A stretch of 60,511 bases of DNA from Fidelibacterota bacterium. GTDB lineage: Bacteria > Fidelibacterota > Marinisomatia > Marinisomatales > JAADGP01. The position numbers and the translations under genes are program-made. The notes beneath the pieces are model-generated. The model made no database searches. It was not told where the DNA came from and saw only the letters and a list, made by a program, of their open reading frames with translations. The stretch lies in NCBI GenBank assembly GCA_027021785.1, contig JALUTR010000086.1:1-60511 (forward strand), in the 5' to 3' direction. Numbering within the stretch: position 1 is the stretch's first letter; each line of letters starts with the position of its first letter. Shown piece after piece: positions 1 to 10,911 of the stretch.

Positions 1-1
1 A

Positions 2-133
2 GATGATGATGACACGTCCACATTTGATGATGAAGCTGATTCCGAAGAAAAGCAGGCGGATGATACCGGTTCCGATGAGAGTGGGGAAAATAATAACAAC
101 GAAGAAAACGCCGCTTCTTCCGATACAAACTAA
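2..133 (+). CDS. 3' end of an unidentified CDS entering from the left edge (acidic D/E/N-rich tail)
   Basis: Frame 2 is open from the window edge to TAA at 131-133 (..DDDDTSTFDDEADSEEKQADDTGSDESGENNNNEENAASSDTN*). The sequence is low complexity and has no recognisable domain. Confidence 0.3.
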   Translation, partial: DDDDTSTFDDEADSEEKQADDTGSDESGENNNNEENAASSDTN

Positions 134-222
134 ACCGTAAATTATACCAAAATATAGCGCTGATAGATCTTCTATTTGTGCTTGTTTAGACTGAGATAAA
201 GCGGTACTTTTCCGGGCTAAAA

Positions 223-720
223 ATGAAGCTGTTACGTTCCGAATTAGCAGGGGGAATTCAACATAAGCTCTTTGACATTCCAACGAAATCCCTTGTGCTG
301 GAAGGTCTCAATTTCTACGAGAATTCGATCCGGTGTGAAATCACCTCCGAACCAATTCCGGATGGGTTCAAATTAATTGGGATAATTTCCATTCCGTTTA
401 TTGAAATTTGTGACCGCTGTCTGGAAGATTATCGGCGAGCCTGCAGCGCTGAATTCGAATTATGGCTTACCGCGAACGAACAGCTTATTAGCGCAACCGA
501 AGCGGACATTATCTGGTTTCCCTATTCAATGGAGGAAATCGATCTTAATCCTGTTTTTCACGATCTGGTTGCCCTGGAAGAACCTATGAAAAAATTGTGC
601 AAAGAAGATTGCCAGGGGCTTTGTCCTCACTGCGGTACCAATAAAAATAAACATACCTGTACCTGCGAGGTCCAACAAGGTAATAATCCTTGGGGAGCTC
701 TTGAAAAATTAATCAGATGA
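223..720 (+). CDS. yceD: YceD/DUF177 family protein (23S rRNA accumulation protein)
   Basis: 165-aa ORF immediately upstream of rpmF-plsX, which is classic synteny. The C-terminal Cys cluster CKEDCQGLCPHCGTNKN is typical of DUF177. Confidence 0.85.
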   Translation: MKLLRSELAGGIQHKLFDIPTKSLVLEGLNFYENSIRCEITSEPIPDGFKLIGIISIPFIEICDRCLEDYRRACSAEFELWLTANEQLISATEADIIWFPYSMEEIDLNPVFHDLVALEEPMKKLCKEDCQGLCPHCGTNKNKHTCTCEVQQGNNPWGALEKLIR

Positions 721-755
721 CGATTTTATCGGTATAAAGACTTTAAGGAGTATTA

Positions 756-938
756 ATGGCATTACCTAAGAAACGACAATCAAAAGCCCGTAGCAGGAAA
801 CGCCGGACACACTATAAAGCAGCCACAGTGGCATATATGACATGTCCTCAATGTGGGCAGACCAAGATGCCTCACCGTGCCTGCCCTAACTGCGGTTATT
901 ATCGCGGTCGACCAGTCATTTCCCCGACGGAGTCATAA
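756..938 (+). CDS. rpmF: 50S ribosomal protein L32
   Basis: 60 aa with N-terminus MALPKKRQSKARSRKRR and zinc ribbon CPQCG..CPNCG. AGGAG lies just upstream of the ATG. Confidence 0.95.
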   Translation: MALPKKRQSKARSRKRRTHYKAATVAYMTCPQCGQTKMPHRACPNCGYYRGRPVISPTES

Positions 939-945
939 CTCTCAA

Positions 946-1950
946 ATGATATTAGCCCTGGATGCCATGGGGGGTGATTTTGCCCCGGCGGCAATCGTTC
1001 AGGGAGCGTTGCAAGCGCTTTCAGAAACGCCCGACGATGTTAAATTGATTCTTGTCGGAGACAAGGAGGCTATTGACAAGGAATTGCCCCACCCGATCCC
1101 CAATCGTTTGTCCGTTTATCCCACTACCCAGGTTGTGAGCATGAGCGACCGGGCTTCGAAAGTAATTAAGTCGAAACCCGATTCTTCTCTGGTTCGGGGA
1201 ATAAAGCTCGTTAAAGAAGGCCGGGCCGACGGATTTATCAGCGCCGGTAATACGGGAGCCATGCTTGCCGCTTCGCTCCTGCTCCTGGGGCGCATTCCTA
1301 ACGTCCACCGACCGGCATTAAGCGTTTATATCCCCACCAACACCCGTGGTAAAATCCTGTGTGACGTCGGCGCCAATCCAGACGCCAAACCCCTCCACTT
1401 ATTGCAATTTGCCATCATGGCGGCCCATTACCTCGAACACGTGGAGGGGTGTAAAAACCCGCGAATCGGGCTTATCAACATCGGCGAAGAGCCAAATAAG
1501 GGTAGTGAACTATATCAGGAAACGTACCAACTTTTAAAATCGGAGCTTCCCAATTTTATCGGCAATATAGAAGGCCGACACCTGTTAAACAGCCAGGCCG
1601 ATGTCCTTGTGTGTGACGGTTTCGTGGGCAACACGCTGTTAAAATTCGGAGAAAGCTGGATAAGCATTTTCGAATCGGAAATAAAGGCCAAAATCAGGAA
1701 AAAAATATTTTACCAGTTGGGGGCCCTGATCCTCAAACCGGTTTTCAGGGAAATCCGGAAAAAATTTGATTATGAAGAACACGGGGGAACGCCCCTGCTG
1801 GGAGTAAACGGCGTTTCCATCGTCGCTCATGGAAGCTCCGGCCCCAAGTCGATAAAAAATTCCATACAAGTTGCAATAAAATGCATTGATTTTAATCTAA
1901 TTGAAGACACAAGAATAGGTTTAGCCGAACATATAGGAGTCAACCGGTGA
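946..1950 (+). CDS. plsX: phosphate acyltransferase PlsX
   Basis: The ORF-track start at 853 overlaps rpmF. The ATG at 946 gives MILALDAMGGDFAP.., the usual PlsX N-terminus, and the protein is full length. Confidence 0.94.
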   Translation: MILALDAMGGDFAPAAIVQGALQALSETPDDVKLILVGDKEAIDKELPHPIPNRLSVYPTTQVVSMSDRASKVIKSKPDSSLVRGIKLVKEGRADGFISAGNTGAMLAASLLLLGRIPNVHRPALSVYIPTNTRGKILCDVGANPDAKPLHLLQFAIMAAHYLEHVEGCKNPRIGLINIGEEPNKGSELYQETYQLLKSELPNFIGNIEGRHLLNSQADVLVCDGFVGNTLLKFGESWISIFESEIKAKIRKKIFYQLGALILKPVFREIRKKFDYEEHGGTPLLGVNGVSIVAHGSSGPKSIKNSIQVAIKCIDFNLIEDTRIGLAEHIGVNR

Positions 1951-2936
1951 AAGCAACCATCACAGCATCCGCGCGTTACCTACCAGAACGGATTTTAACG
2001 AATTCCGACTTAGAGAAAATGGTTGACACTTCCGACGAGTGGATTCGAACTCGCACAGGAATTGTTGAACGACACATTGTTGCCGAAGGGCAGGCATCAT
2101 CTCACATGGCGACTCACGTCGCCAATACATTATTGGAACGTTCCGGGAGCGATCCGACCGAAATCGAAATAATCATTGTCGCCACGGTCACCCCGGACAT
2201 GTTATTCCCCGCCACGGCGGCTTTGGTTCAAAGAAATATCGGCGCCGCCAACGCCTGGGGTTTTGATCTTTCAGGGGCCTGCACCGGCTTTTTATACGCT
2301 TTGGAAACCGGGTCAAGATTGATCGAATCGGGCGGGTACAAAAAAGTCATGGTTATCGGTGTTGACACGATGAGTTCCATCCTTGATTTTACCGATCGCA
2401 ATACCTGCGTTCTTTTTGGGGACGGCGCCGGGGGGGTTTTATTGGAACCATCTTCAAATTCTTACGGATTTATCGATTCCATTTTGCATACCGATGGATC
2501 GGGGGGAGAATATTTACTTATGCCCGGCGGTGGCAGCCTCCATCCACCCACACACGAAACCGTGGATAAACGTATGCACTATATCAGACAGGATGGAAAG
2601 ATCGTGTTCAAATTCGCGGTTAAAGGTATGGCGGAAGTCTGCGCCGAGATCCTGGACCGGAACGGAATTTCCGGGAAAGATGTAAAACTGTTTGTCCCTC
2701 ACCAGGCCAATAAGCGGATTATTGACGCGGCCGCCAAAAGATGCGGTTTGACCGACGATCAGGTATTGATTAACATTAACAAATACGGCAACACAACCGC
2801 CGCCACGATCCCCATTGGTTTGGACGAAGCCGTGGAAGAAAAACGTTTAAAAACAGGGGACTTGTTGCTCCTGGCCGCATTTGGCGCCGGGTTCACCTGG
2901 GGCAGTATGCTGTTCCGCTGGGGTTTTGACAGTTGA
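1947..2936 (+). CDS. fabH: 3-oxoacyl-ACP synthase III
   Basis: 329 aa with RYLPERILTNSDLEKMVDTSDEWIRTRTGI and an active-site Cys context (LSGACTGF). The GTG start overlaps the plsX stop (GTGA). Confidence 0.95.
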   Translation: MKATITASARYLPERILTNSDLEKMVDTSDEWIRTRTGIVERHIVAEGQASSHMATHVANTLLERSGSDPTEIEIIIVATVTPDMLFPATAALVQRNIGAANAWGFDLSGACTGFLYALETGSRLIESGGYKKVMVIGVDTMSSILDFTDRNTCVLFGDGAGGVLLEPSSNSYGFIDSILHTDGSGGEYLLMPGGGSLHPPTHETVDKRMHYIRQDGKIVFKFAVKGMAEVCAEILDRNGISGKDVKLFVPHQANKRIIDAAAKRCGLTDDQVLININKYGNTTAATIPIGLDEAVEEKRLKTGDLLLLAAFGAGFTWGSMLFRWGFDS

Positions 2937-3856
2937 GTCCGGCTTTTCTTTTCCCCGGTCAGGCTTCTCAAAAAATCGGGATGGGAGCCGATCTGTATTT
3001 AAAAACCGAGTTGGGGAAACACCATTTTGACCGGGCAAATGAGATCATGGGCTATAATCTCCGGGATATCATTTTTAACGGTCCCGAAGAAGAGTTGAAG
3101 CAAACCCGGAATACACAGCCTGCCATTTATATCGTAAGTGTAATCATCGGTCAACTTTTGCTGGAAGGAGGGGTAATCCCCACGGCGGCGGCCGGGCACA
3201 GTTTGGGTGAATATTCGGCCCTGACAATTGCCGGAGCCTTTGACTACGAGACCGGTCTGACCCTGGTAAAACTTCGTGCTGAAAGCATGCAACAAGCCGG
3301 TGAAATGAATCCCGGTACAATGGCGGCAATTATTGGTCTGGATGATAACCTGGTGACACAACTTTGTTCGGAAAATTATGACGGCGGAATTGTTGTGGCA
3401 GCTAATTACAATGCGCCCGGACAGGTGGTAATTTCCGGAGAGACCCGTGCTGTCCACGAGGCGATGAACCGTTCAAAAGACAGGGGAGCCCGGAAAGCAA
3501 TAGAACTAAACGTAAGCGGGGCTTTCCATTCACCGCTCATGGCGCCGGCCCGAGAAGCCCTTGCAGAGAAATTGAATTCCATCGAAATTCGGGACACTAA
3601 TTTGCCTGTATACTCAAACGTTACAGCCGAACCGATAACAAATAGTGAAGAAATACGCACAGCGTTGATTCAACAATTGGAAAATCCGGTTCGCTGGCAC
3701 GAGACCATTACAAGAATGCGCGGAAATGGAATTTCCGAATTTCTGGAAGTCGGTCCGGGGAAAGTATTACAGGGATTAAATCGTCGGATTGACCGCCGAT
3801 TAACGATAAAAGGTGTTGAAAATTTAAAAGATCTTCAGGAATTCGAACATGTTTGA
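2933..3856 (+). CDS. fabD: malonyl-CoA:ACP transacylase
   Basis: 307 aa with FLFPGQASQKIGMG and the GHSLGEYSAL active-site motif. The TTG start overlaps the fabH stop. Confidence 0.95.
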   Translation: MSPAFLFPGQASQKIGMGADLYLKTELGKHHFDRANEIMGYNLRDIIFNGPEEELKQTRNTQPAIYIVSVIIGQLLLEGGVIPTAAAGHSLGEYSALTIAGAFDYETGLTLVKLRAESMQQAGEMNPGTMAAIIGLDDNLVTQLCSENYDGGIVVAANYNAPGQVVISGETRAVHEAMNRSKDRGARKAIELNVSGAFHSPLMAPAREALAEKLNSIEIRDTNLPVYSNVTAEPITNSEEIRTALIQQLENPVRWHETITRMRGNGISEFLEVGPGKVLQGLNRRIDRRLTIKGVENLKDLQEFEHV

Positions 3857-4595
3857 TTTATCGGATAAAATTGCTCTCATTACCGGCGCTTCGCGCGGAA
3901 TCGGTCTGGCGATCGCACAACAATTGGCACAGGCGGGAGCGATGGTAGTATGTGTCAGCAGGACCTTATCCGCGGTTGAAAAAGTCGCCGCCGATATGCA
4001 GGCAGAAGGTCTTAAAGCGGAAGCGTTTGCCTGTGATGTATCGGACATACAAACGGTTGACAAATTAGTAAAGTCCCTGGTCGGCCGGCATGGTCGCATT
4101 GATATATTGGTGAATAACGCCGGTATAACGCGGGACACATTGCTCCTGCGCATGTCGGAAAACGATTGGGATACGGTATTAAATATTAACTTAAAGGGCG
4201 CTTTCAATTGTGTCAAATCGGTTACGCGCCCGATGATGAAACAACGATCCGGGAAAATAATCAATATTTCTTCCATAGTGGGATTAATCGGCAACGCCGG
4301 ACAGGTAAACTACGCCGCTTCGAAGGCCGGGATAATCGGTCTTACCAAGGCCGCCGCTAAGGAATTGGCAGCACGCGGTATTACCGTAAATTGCATCGCC
4401 CCTGGATACATTGAAACCGATATGACAACCGATTTGCCGGAAAAAAACCGGGAAATGCTGTTAAAACAAATACCTTTAGGCAGAATCGGCAAAGCAAAGG
4501 ACATAGCCGTAATGGTACACTTCCTTGCCTCCGATGAAGCAAATTATATCACCGGGCAAACCTTTACGGTTGACGGTGGAATGGTTATGAATTAA
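3849..4595 (+). CDS. fabG: 3-oxoacyl-ACP reductase (SDR)
   Basis: 248 aa with TGASRGIG Rossmann motif, NNAG and YAASKAG catalytic motifs. It sits at the expected position in the fab cluster. Confidence 0.93.
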   Translation: MFDLSDKIALITGASRGIGLAIAQQLAQAGAMVVCVSRTLSAVEKVAADMQAEGLKAEAFACDVSDIQTVDKLVKSLVGRHGRIDILVNNAGITRDTLLLRMSENDWDTVLNINLKGAFNCVKSVTRPMMKQRSGKIINISSIVGLIGNAGQVNYAASKAGIIGLTKAAAKELAARGITVNCIAPGYIETDMTTDLPEKNREMLLKQIPLGRIGKAKDIAVMVHFLASDEANYITGQTFTVDGGMVMN

Positions 4596-4608
4596 TACGA
4601 AGGAGAAA

Positions 4609-4842
4609 ATGATGGACACATTTGAAAAAGTTAAAGAGGTCATCATGGATAAACTTGGTGTCGAAGAAGCCAAGATAGTGATGGAAGCCTCATTTGTGGA
4701 TGATTTAGGTGCCGATTCTTTGGACACCGTCGAATTGATCATGGAATTCGAAGAAGAATTCGGCATTGAGATTCCTGATGAAGATGCGGAAAAAATCACC
4801 ACTGTTGGGGCTGCCGTCGAATACATTGAAAGCAAAAAATAG
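4609..4842 (+). CDS. acpP: acyl carrier protein
   Basis: 77 aa with the [20 protein letters not shown] phosphopantetheine-attachment motif. GGAG lies upstream. Confidence 0.95.
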   Translation: MMDTFEKVKEVIMDKLGVEEAKIVMEASFVDDLGADSLDTVELIMEFEEEFGIEIPDEDAEKITTVGAAVEYIESKK

Positions 4843-4857
4843 AGAAATTTTCCTGAT

Positions 4858-6102
4858 ATGAGCAAAAAACGGATAGTGATCACCGGACTGGGGGTATTGG
4901 CTCCCAATGGGAATAACGTTGATGAATACTGGTCAGCCTTATGTGCCGGGATGAGCGGAATTAATAATATCACAACATTTGATACTGAAAATTTCCCGGT
5001 TAAGTTCGCCGGCGAACTGACAGGTTTTGACCCGGAACAATTCCTTGAACCGCGTGAGATCCGGAAATTAGACCGCTTCTCGGTTTTGGCTTTGGTAGCA
5101 GCTCATGAAGCCATTACCCAGGCGGCCATTGATTGGGACACCATTGAAAAACACCGAATCGGTGTGACCCTGGGAACCGGTGTCGGAGGTATTCAAACTT
5201 TAGAGCAACAACATACCACAATATTAAATCGCGGGCCGCGCCGGGTATCTCCCCAGTTCGTTCCTAAAATGATTGCCAACATCGCCTCCGGTCAAATCGC
5301 TATTCGTTGGGGACTCCAGGGTCCCAACCAGACGGTAACTACAGCGTGCGCGTCGGCCACCGATGCCATCGGTGTCGCTACCCGACTCATTCAGGTTGGT
5401 GATGCGGATATGATTATTACCGGAGGGACGGAAGCCAGCATCACCCCCCTAACCATCGCCGGATTCGCCAATATGAAGGCTTTGTCAACCCGAAACGATT
5501 CCCCCACCGAAGCCAGTCGTCCTTTTGACAAGGATCGTGATGGTTTCGTTCTGGGAGAAGGAGCGGGCATTCTGGTCATCGAAACCGAAGAACATGCCCG
5601 CGCCCGAGGCGCGACAATTCTGGCGGAAATAGCCGGTTATGGTTCCACCAATGATGCTTTTCACATAACCCAGCCTGCCCCCGGAGGGGCGGGAGCCGTT
5701 ATGGCCATGAAAAGGGCAATCAGCGACGCGGGACTCACTCCGAAAGACGTCGATTACATCAATGCCCACGGGACTTCAACACCCTACAACGATAGGAATG
5801 AAACCGCGGCCATTAAGGAAGTGTTCGGTGAGTATGCGGCTTCCCTCAAAATCAGTTCCACCAAATCGATGACCGGGCATCTGCTTGGCGCCAGTGGGGC
5901 GATTGAGGCAATCGCCGCCATCAAGGCTATCGAAGACAACCTTGCTCCCCCTACCATTAATTATACCACCCCCGATCCGGAATGCGACCTGCATTACGTA
6001 CCCAATAAGGCGCAATCATTTCCAATTAACGTGGTAATGTCAAATACGTTCGGGTTCGGAGGACATAACGCGGTTGTATTAATTCGTCGCTGGAGTGCGT
6101 GA
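4858..6102 (+). CDS. fabF: 3-oxoacyl-ACP synthase II
   Basis: 414 aa with KAS I/II features: TACASATDAIG active-site Cys, INAHGTSTP, and the GHLLGASG and NTFGFGGHN C-terminal motifs. Confidence 0.95.
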   Translation: MSKKRIVITGLGVLAPNGNNVDEYWSALCAGMSGINNITTFDTENFPVKFAGELTGFDPEQFLEPREIRKLDRFSVLALVAAHEAITQAAIDWDTIEKHRIGVTLGTGVGGIQTLEQQHTTILNRGPRRVSPQFVPKMIANIASGQIAIRWGLQGPNQTVTTACASATDAIGVATRLIQVGDADMIITGGTEASITPLTIAGFANMKALSTRNDSPTEASRPFDKDRDGFVLGEGAGILVIETEEHARARGATILAEIAGYGSTNDAFHITQPAPGGAGAVMAMKRAISDAGLTPKDVDYINAHGTSTPYNDRNETAAIKEVFGEYAASLKISSTKSMTGHLLGASGAIEAIAAIKAIEDNLAPPTINYTTPDPECDLHYVPNKAQSFPINVVMSNTFGFGGHNAVVLIRRWSA

Positions 6103-6813
6103 GTGGGATCCTTTTTAAAATCGATCCGACATATATTAAGACCACAACACCGCTTCACTCCTCTTGAAAGACAGATAAACTATATATTCAAAGAGCCCCG
6201 TTTACTGTACCAGGCTTTTACCCACCGATCGGTTAACCCCCGCCCACGGGAAAATTACGAACGCCTGGAATTCCTGGGAGACGCCGTAATCGATATTGTG
6301 GTTACGAAAGCGTTGATGAAGGAATTTACCGAAGGTGACGAGGGGTTATTGACTCAAAAACGAGCGGCCTTGGTACAAAAACCGTATCTCGCATCCATGG
6401 GTAATCTTCTGAACCTCCTGGATTACCTGGAAATTGAGCCGACTGTAGACCTTAAGATGGAAAAAATAGCGGACCGACAGCTCGCAAATTTATTTGAGGC
6501 CTTACTGGGAGCCCTTTATTTGGATGGTGGATTAAAACCCTGTCTGAATTTAATCATGCAAACGGTCTGGACACATCGGGAAGAGGCCTGGCAGGCAACC
6601 AATTTTAAAGGTCGTTTAATTGAATTCTGCCACTCCCATTCGATCGGCAGTCCCCGGTTCCAGATTACCAATGTGACCGGACCTGATCACCATAAAATCT
6701 TTGAGGTACACGTCAAAATCGGGAATAATGTTTTTCCGGCCGGTTTAGGGTCGAATAAAAAAACCGCCGAACAGGCGGCCGCACAAAACGCCCTGGAAAT
6801 GCTTCAGAATTAA
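6103..6813 (+). CDS. rnc: ribonuclease III
   Basis: 236 aa with the ERLEFLGDAV signature and a C-terminal dsRBD (KKTAEQAAAQNALEML). The GTG start directly follows the fabF stop. Confidence 0.9.
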   Translation: MGSFLKSIRHILRPQHRFTPLERQINYIFKEPRLLYQAFTHRSVNPRPRENYERLEFLGDAVIDIVVTKALMKEFTEGDEGLLTQKRAALVQKPYLASMGNLLNLLDYLEIEPTVDLKMEKIADRQLANLFEALLGALYLDGGLKPCLNLIMQTVWTHREEAWQATNFKGRLIEFCHSHSIGSPRFQITNVTGPDHHKIFEVHVKIGNNVFPAGLGSNKKTAEQAAAQNALEMLQN

Positions 6814-6826
6814 TCTCCCGGGCGTG

Positions 6827-7387
6827 TTAAGATTTCAATTCTTTGTTCAATTCTTTTATTTTATCCCGTAGTATAGCTGCCTTTTCGTACTCTTCCGCTT
6901 CGATAGCCGCTTGTAATTGGCTTTCCAATTTTTCCCGCGTGGGTTCTTCTTTGCGCAGAGATTCGGCAAGGGTTTCTTTCGGTATTTCCTCTACAACACT
7001 CGCCTCATCCATAACCTGATCGGCGACCAAAATCGGAGTATTCATTCGCAACGCGACCGCGATTGCGTCGCTTGGCCGGGCATCAATCGAACGTTTACCG
7101 ATCAGTTTACCCCTCAGCTCCATACGGGAATAAAAAACACCGTCGATCAGTTCCGTAATCTTGACGGCGACAAGTTTTCCCTCAATTTGACGAATGATGG
7201 AGCCGATCAGATCATGGGTCAAAGGGCGCGGGGTCTCCATATACTCCAGAGCAAGCGCAATCGATTGCGCTTCATAAGCCCCCACAATGACCGGTAGCTT
7301 GCGAATGCCGCTGATTTCCTTCAAAATTACAGCGTAACTACGGCTTGGAGGGTGGAATGATATTTTATCAACTTTTACAGCTATCAT
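6827..7387 (-). CDS. bifunctional nuclease (BFN/DUF151) family protein with C-terminal UVR motif
   Basis: 186 aa. LPVIVGAYEAQSIALALEYMETPRPLTHDL matches the BFN domain pattern as I recall it, and the tail EEYEKAAILRDKIKELN is UVR-like. Confidence 0.75.
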   Translation of the reverse strand: MIAVKVDKISFHPPSRSYAVILKEISGIRKLPVIVGAYEAQSIALALEYMETPRPLTHDLIGSIIRQIEGKLVAVKITELIDGVFYSRMELRGKLIGKRSIDARPSDAIAVALRMNTPILVADQVMDEASVVEEIPKETLAESLRKEEPTREKLESQLQAAIEAEEYEKAAILRDKIKELNKELKS

Positions 7388-7439
7388 TGTGAGCTATCCT
7401 ACTTCTTAATATATAAAGTCAGACCCCTTCTCACAATCA

Positions 7440-8486
7440 TTATTCATGTTTTTTTAATTCGTTTTTCAAAAGATCGATCTTTTTTACCGGCGAGGGGTCG
7501 GTATTATGGGCCATTGCGCACCAGTAACTGACCCAATCACCAAAATGGATCTGATGGATTAATCTTTCGATCCGGTTATTACCGGTAAAGGACACGGTTT
7601 GTTGACGTGGAACCAAATCTTGCAAAATACTTTGCGTAACTTTTTGACGTAATGATACCCGCGGATGGTTTGATTCATCCACGAGCCAAATAACCGATAA
7701 ATCCGAGAACAGAGAAGCATTATTCTCCCAGCCGACAATCTCATTGTGGTTCATTTCCGGTAATTCATTGGCATACGCCAACATCTTGGCATTTTCACAA
7801 AACTGTCCTTTCCAGCGGCAGGCGATAATCGCGGTGGAATCCGCCTCACCGTATATGATCGGGATCGTATTGTATATTTTCCGGGCCAGCTTGTAGGTCG
7901 GGTTCTTTTCATCTTCAACAGAATACTTTTCCCGCTCCACCGATAATGTTTCAATTGCCGACTCCAGGCCGACACGAAAACCGTCACCGATTAATCCGAT
8001 TTTTTGCAGAAGGAAAAGCATGGGAATAAACGAGAATGCCAGGGCGGCGCGGGGTTGCAGTCCGGCAGGAATAGAAACCAGGTCCAGTCCTGCCGCATTC
8101 AATTTTTCAGATAAAACGCCACCGGTTGAAATACCGCAAATTTGTGCCTTTTTTGCTTGTGCTTCTTCGTAAGCGCTTAAGGTTTCTTCCGTATTCCCCG
8201 AATAGGATGAACAGATTACCAACGTATTTTCATTCACCCAGTTCGGAAGGGTATAATTTCGGCTGACGACAAAAGGAATATTCAGGTCGTCCTTTATTAA
8301 CATCCGTACCACGTCCCCCCCTATTGCCGATCCTCCCATTCCGGCGACGACGATATTCCGAATGTTTTCGTATGTATTGTTCAGTTCAATCCGTTCGCCT
8401 ATTTCAATGGCCTGCTGCATTTGTCCGGGAAAATCATAAATGGCTCCAAACATGTTTCCGGGATCTTTTCGTTGACTGCTAATCAT
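7440..8486 (-). CDS. bifunctional phosphoglucose/phosphomannose isomerase (SIS family)
   Basis: 348 aa with SIS-domain motifs GMGGSAIGG and SSYSGNTEETL. Size and architecture fit the PGI/PMI family. Confidence 0.78.
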   Translation of the reverse strand: MISSQRKDPGNMFGAIYDFPGQMQQAIEIGERIELNNTYENIRNIVVAGMGGSAIGGDVVRMLIKDDLNIPFVVSRNYTLPNWVNENTLVICSSYSGNTEETLSAYEEAQAKKAQICGISTGGVLSEKLNAAGLDLVSIPAGLQPRAALAFSFIPMLFLLQKIGLIGDGFRVGLESAIETLSVEREKYSVEDEKNPTYKLARKIYNTIPIIYGEADSTAIIACRWKGQFCENAKMLAYANELPEMNHNEIVGWENNASLFSDLSVIWLVDESNHPRVSLRQKVTQSILQDLVPRQQTVSFTGNNRIERLIHQIHFGDWVSYWCAMAHNTDPSPVKKIDLLKNELKKHE

Positions 8487-8573
8487 AGTTGCCTCTTCAG
8501 TAATTTATGTATGTGATTATGGTTTAAAGGTTTCCCCGAGAATTCCCGGGATGGTGCGATTTCTAAGAATACT

Positions 8574-9560
8574 TTACTTTTTCCTGTTTATGACCATATC
8601 GGTAAATTCCTTTAAAATATGCGGATACCCCCCAAATGCTGCATTCAGATCGTCACGTGCCCGTTTATCGTACGTATCCACCAATTCCCTTGCGCGTTGT
8701 AAAATATTCTTTTCCTCCAGGTACCCCCTTAATTCCGATAAAGCCTCATCGATCTCCAACTGTTGTATTTTCCTCCAATACCCGGCCCATTCCGCAGGAA
8801 ATAATTCTCTTGCCAAAACTGTCAGAACGGTTTGTTTCCCCGCCACCAAATCGCTGCCCAGGCTTTTACCCATCGATTTCTCATTACCGTAAATTTCCAG
8901 GATATCATCCTGGATCTGGAAAACCTTCCCCAGATTGATTCCATAAGATCTCAGGTGTGAACGTACTTCCTCGTCCTGATCCCCGAGTATACCGCCAACT
9001 TCCGCACACAAACCGATCAACCAACCGGTTTTCTTTTCAATCATGGTGAAATACTGTTCGAGTGATATGTTATGATTGTGTTCAAACTCCTTATCATAGG
9101 CCTGTCCTTCACAAACCATCAGGGTGGCGACATTAAAGGCCCGAATGGCCTGCAAGGTATTGATTTTAACCTGGGAAATCAATAATTGTCCCAGGGCGTA
9201 AATACCGTCGCCGGCCAGAATCGCCGTGGATTCATCCCATTTTTCATGGACGGTCGGTTGACCATGACGGGTGCTGTCGGCATCCATTATATCGTCGTGA
9301 ACGAGCGTAAAATTGTGCAACAATTCCACGGCCAGACCGGCATTCAGTAAATCCCCGGGATCGGCGGAGAAAGTTTCACCCACCAAATAAACGAGGATGG
9401 GCCGTAATCTTTTTCCCGTGCCTTTCAGAACATACTTTACGGGTGTGTATAAATAATCCGGTTGGTCGGCAAGCGATAGGGTCCGCAGACTTTCATTAAT
9501 CTCCGCCTGCAGATTCCGGATATGTCCCTGAAACGAATTCAAATCAGTGGCCGGCCTCAA
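8574..9560 (-). CDS. polyprenyl diphosphate synthase (trans-IPPS; chain length not assignable)
   Basis: 328 aa with first and second Asp-rich motifs LVHDDIMD and FQIQDDILE. Confidence 0.9.
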   Translation of the reverse strand: MRPATDLNSFQGHIRNLQAEINESLRTLSLADQPDYLYTPVKYVLKGTGKRLRPILVYLVGETFSADPGDLLNAGLAVELLHNFTLVHDDIMDADSTRHGQPTVHEKWDESTAILAGDGIYALGQLLISQVKINTLQAIRAFNVATLMVCEGQAYDKEFEHNHNISLEQYFTMIEKKTGWLIGLCAEVGGILGDQDEEVRSHLRSYGINLGKVFQIQDDILEIYGNEKSMGKSLGSDLVAGKQTVLTVLARELFPAEWAGYWRKIQQLEIDEALSELRGYLEEKNILQRARELVDTYDKRARDDLNAAFGGYPHILKEFTDMVINRKK

Positions 9561-10911
9561 TTTCCAGTTTTCCTATCGATTGCAATTTTGTTAATACAAG
9601 GGTTTTAATTTCTTCCATTCTTTCCGGCGTGGACGCTTCAAACCGGCAAACGATTACCGGCTGGGTATTGGAGGAACGAACCAAACCCCACCCATCCCCG
9701 AATTTAATCCGGACGCCGTCTACGGTAATGCACTCGTAATTCGCTTTGAAATATTCGGCCGCTTCTTTTGCGATCCTGAATTTTTCCTCATCACTTTCGC
9801 ACCCCATACGCATTTCCGGTGTCGAATAATACTTCGGGATTTCCGCTTTCATTTCGGAAAGGGTTTTTTTCGAACGGGAAACCATCTGCACCAGCCGGGC
9901 GGCTACGTAAATCGCGTCGTCATAGCCGAAATAATCGTCCGCAAAGAAGATATGCCCGCTCATCTCGCCCCCAAATTTGCACCCCAATTCGGACATCCGT
10001 TGTTTAATCAGGGAATGACCGGTTTTCCACATCACGGGTTTACCTCCATAGCGTAAAATCATATCCTCCAGAGCCTGGGAACACTTCACATCGAACAGAA
10101 CCTCATCGCCCGGTGAAATCACTTCCGGCAGGAACAACGCCATGAGTTGGTCGGCCCATATGATTTCCCCGGTCTCGTCGATAACACCAATCCGGTCGGC
10201 ATCCCCGTCAAAAGCCACGCCCACTTCATGTTCCCCTTTCTTCATCAAATCGATCAAATCCTTTAAATTTTCTTTTACCGTTGGATCCGGGTGATGATTG
10301 GGGAAAGAACCATCGACCTCACAATACAATTCGGTTAGCTCAACACCCATTTTTTTGAACAATTCCGGAGCCATAAGAGCACCGGCGGCATTCCCGCAAT
10401 CCATGGCCACTTTGACCGGACGGACAATATTGATCTTACCGAGAATCATTTCTTCATACTCGGTCCGGATATTATGCCGTACTTCACTACCCTCTCCGAT
10501 CTCGAAATCCTGCTTATCAATTAATTCGCGAATCTTTTGAATGTCATCACCGTAAACGGCCTTTTTAAATAACGACAGTTTAAACCCATTAAATTCAGGC
10601 GGATTATGACTTCCTGTAATCTGGACCGCGCCGGCAACATTCAATTTATACATACTGTAATAGTTTACCGGGGTTGGTATCAATCCCAGCTTAATTACAT
10701 CAACACCGGTGGAAAGAATCCCGTTTTTAAAGTGTTCAATCAGATCCGGCGTTGTTAAGCGAACATCACCGCTCAGGGAAATTTCTTGTCCGCTGTTCCG
10801 AAGAACAAACGTTCCGAAACCCTTCCCCAATAATTCGACAACTTCGGGAGGAAAGTCTTCGACCACTTTACCACGAATATCATATTCACGAAATATGTAT
10901 GGATTCATCAT
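9544..10911 (-). CDS. phosphomannomutase/phosphoglucomutase
   Basis: 455 aa with the TGSHNPPEFNG phosphoserine loop, the DGDADR metal loop and the GEMSGH sugar loop. Confidence 0.92.
   Translation of the reverse strand: MMNPYIFREYDIRGKVVEDFPPEVVELLGKGFGTFVLRNSGQEISLSGDVRLTTPDLIEHFKNGILSTGVDVIKLGLIPTPVNYYSMYKLNVAGAVQITGSHNPPEFNGFKLSLFKKAVYGDDIQKIRELIDKQDFEIGEGSEVRHNIRTEYEEMILGKINIVRPVKVAMDCGNAAGALMAPELFKKMGVELTELYCEVDGSFPNHHPDPTVKENLKDLIDLMKKGEHEVGVAFDGDADRIGVIDETGEIIWADQLMALFLPEVISPGDEVLFDVKCSQALEDMILRYGGKPVMWKTGHSLIKQRMSELGCKFGGEMSGHIFFADDYFGYDDAIYVAARLVQMVSRSKKTLSEMKAEIPKYYSTPEMRMGCESDEEKFRIAKEAAEYFKANYECITVDGVRIKFGDGWGLVRSSNTQPVIVCRFEASTPERMEEIKTLVLTKLQSIGKLEIEAGH

Noticed and set aside
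853-945. N-terminal extension of plsX overlapping rpmF (ORF-track start at 853)
   Set aside because: The extension is out-of-frame overlap with the well-supported rpmF. The conserved PlsX N-terminus begins at the ATG at 946.
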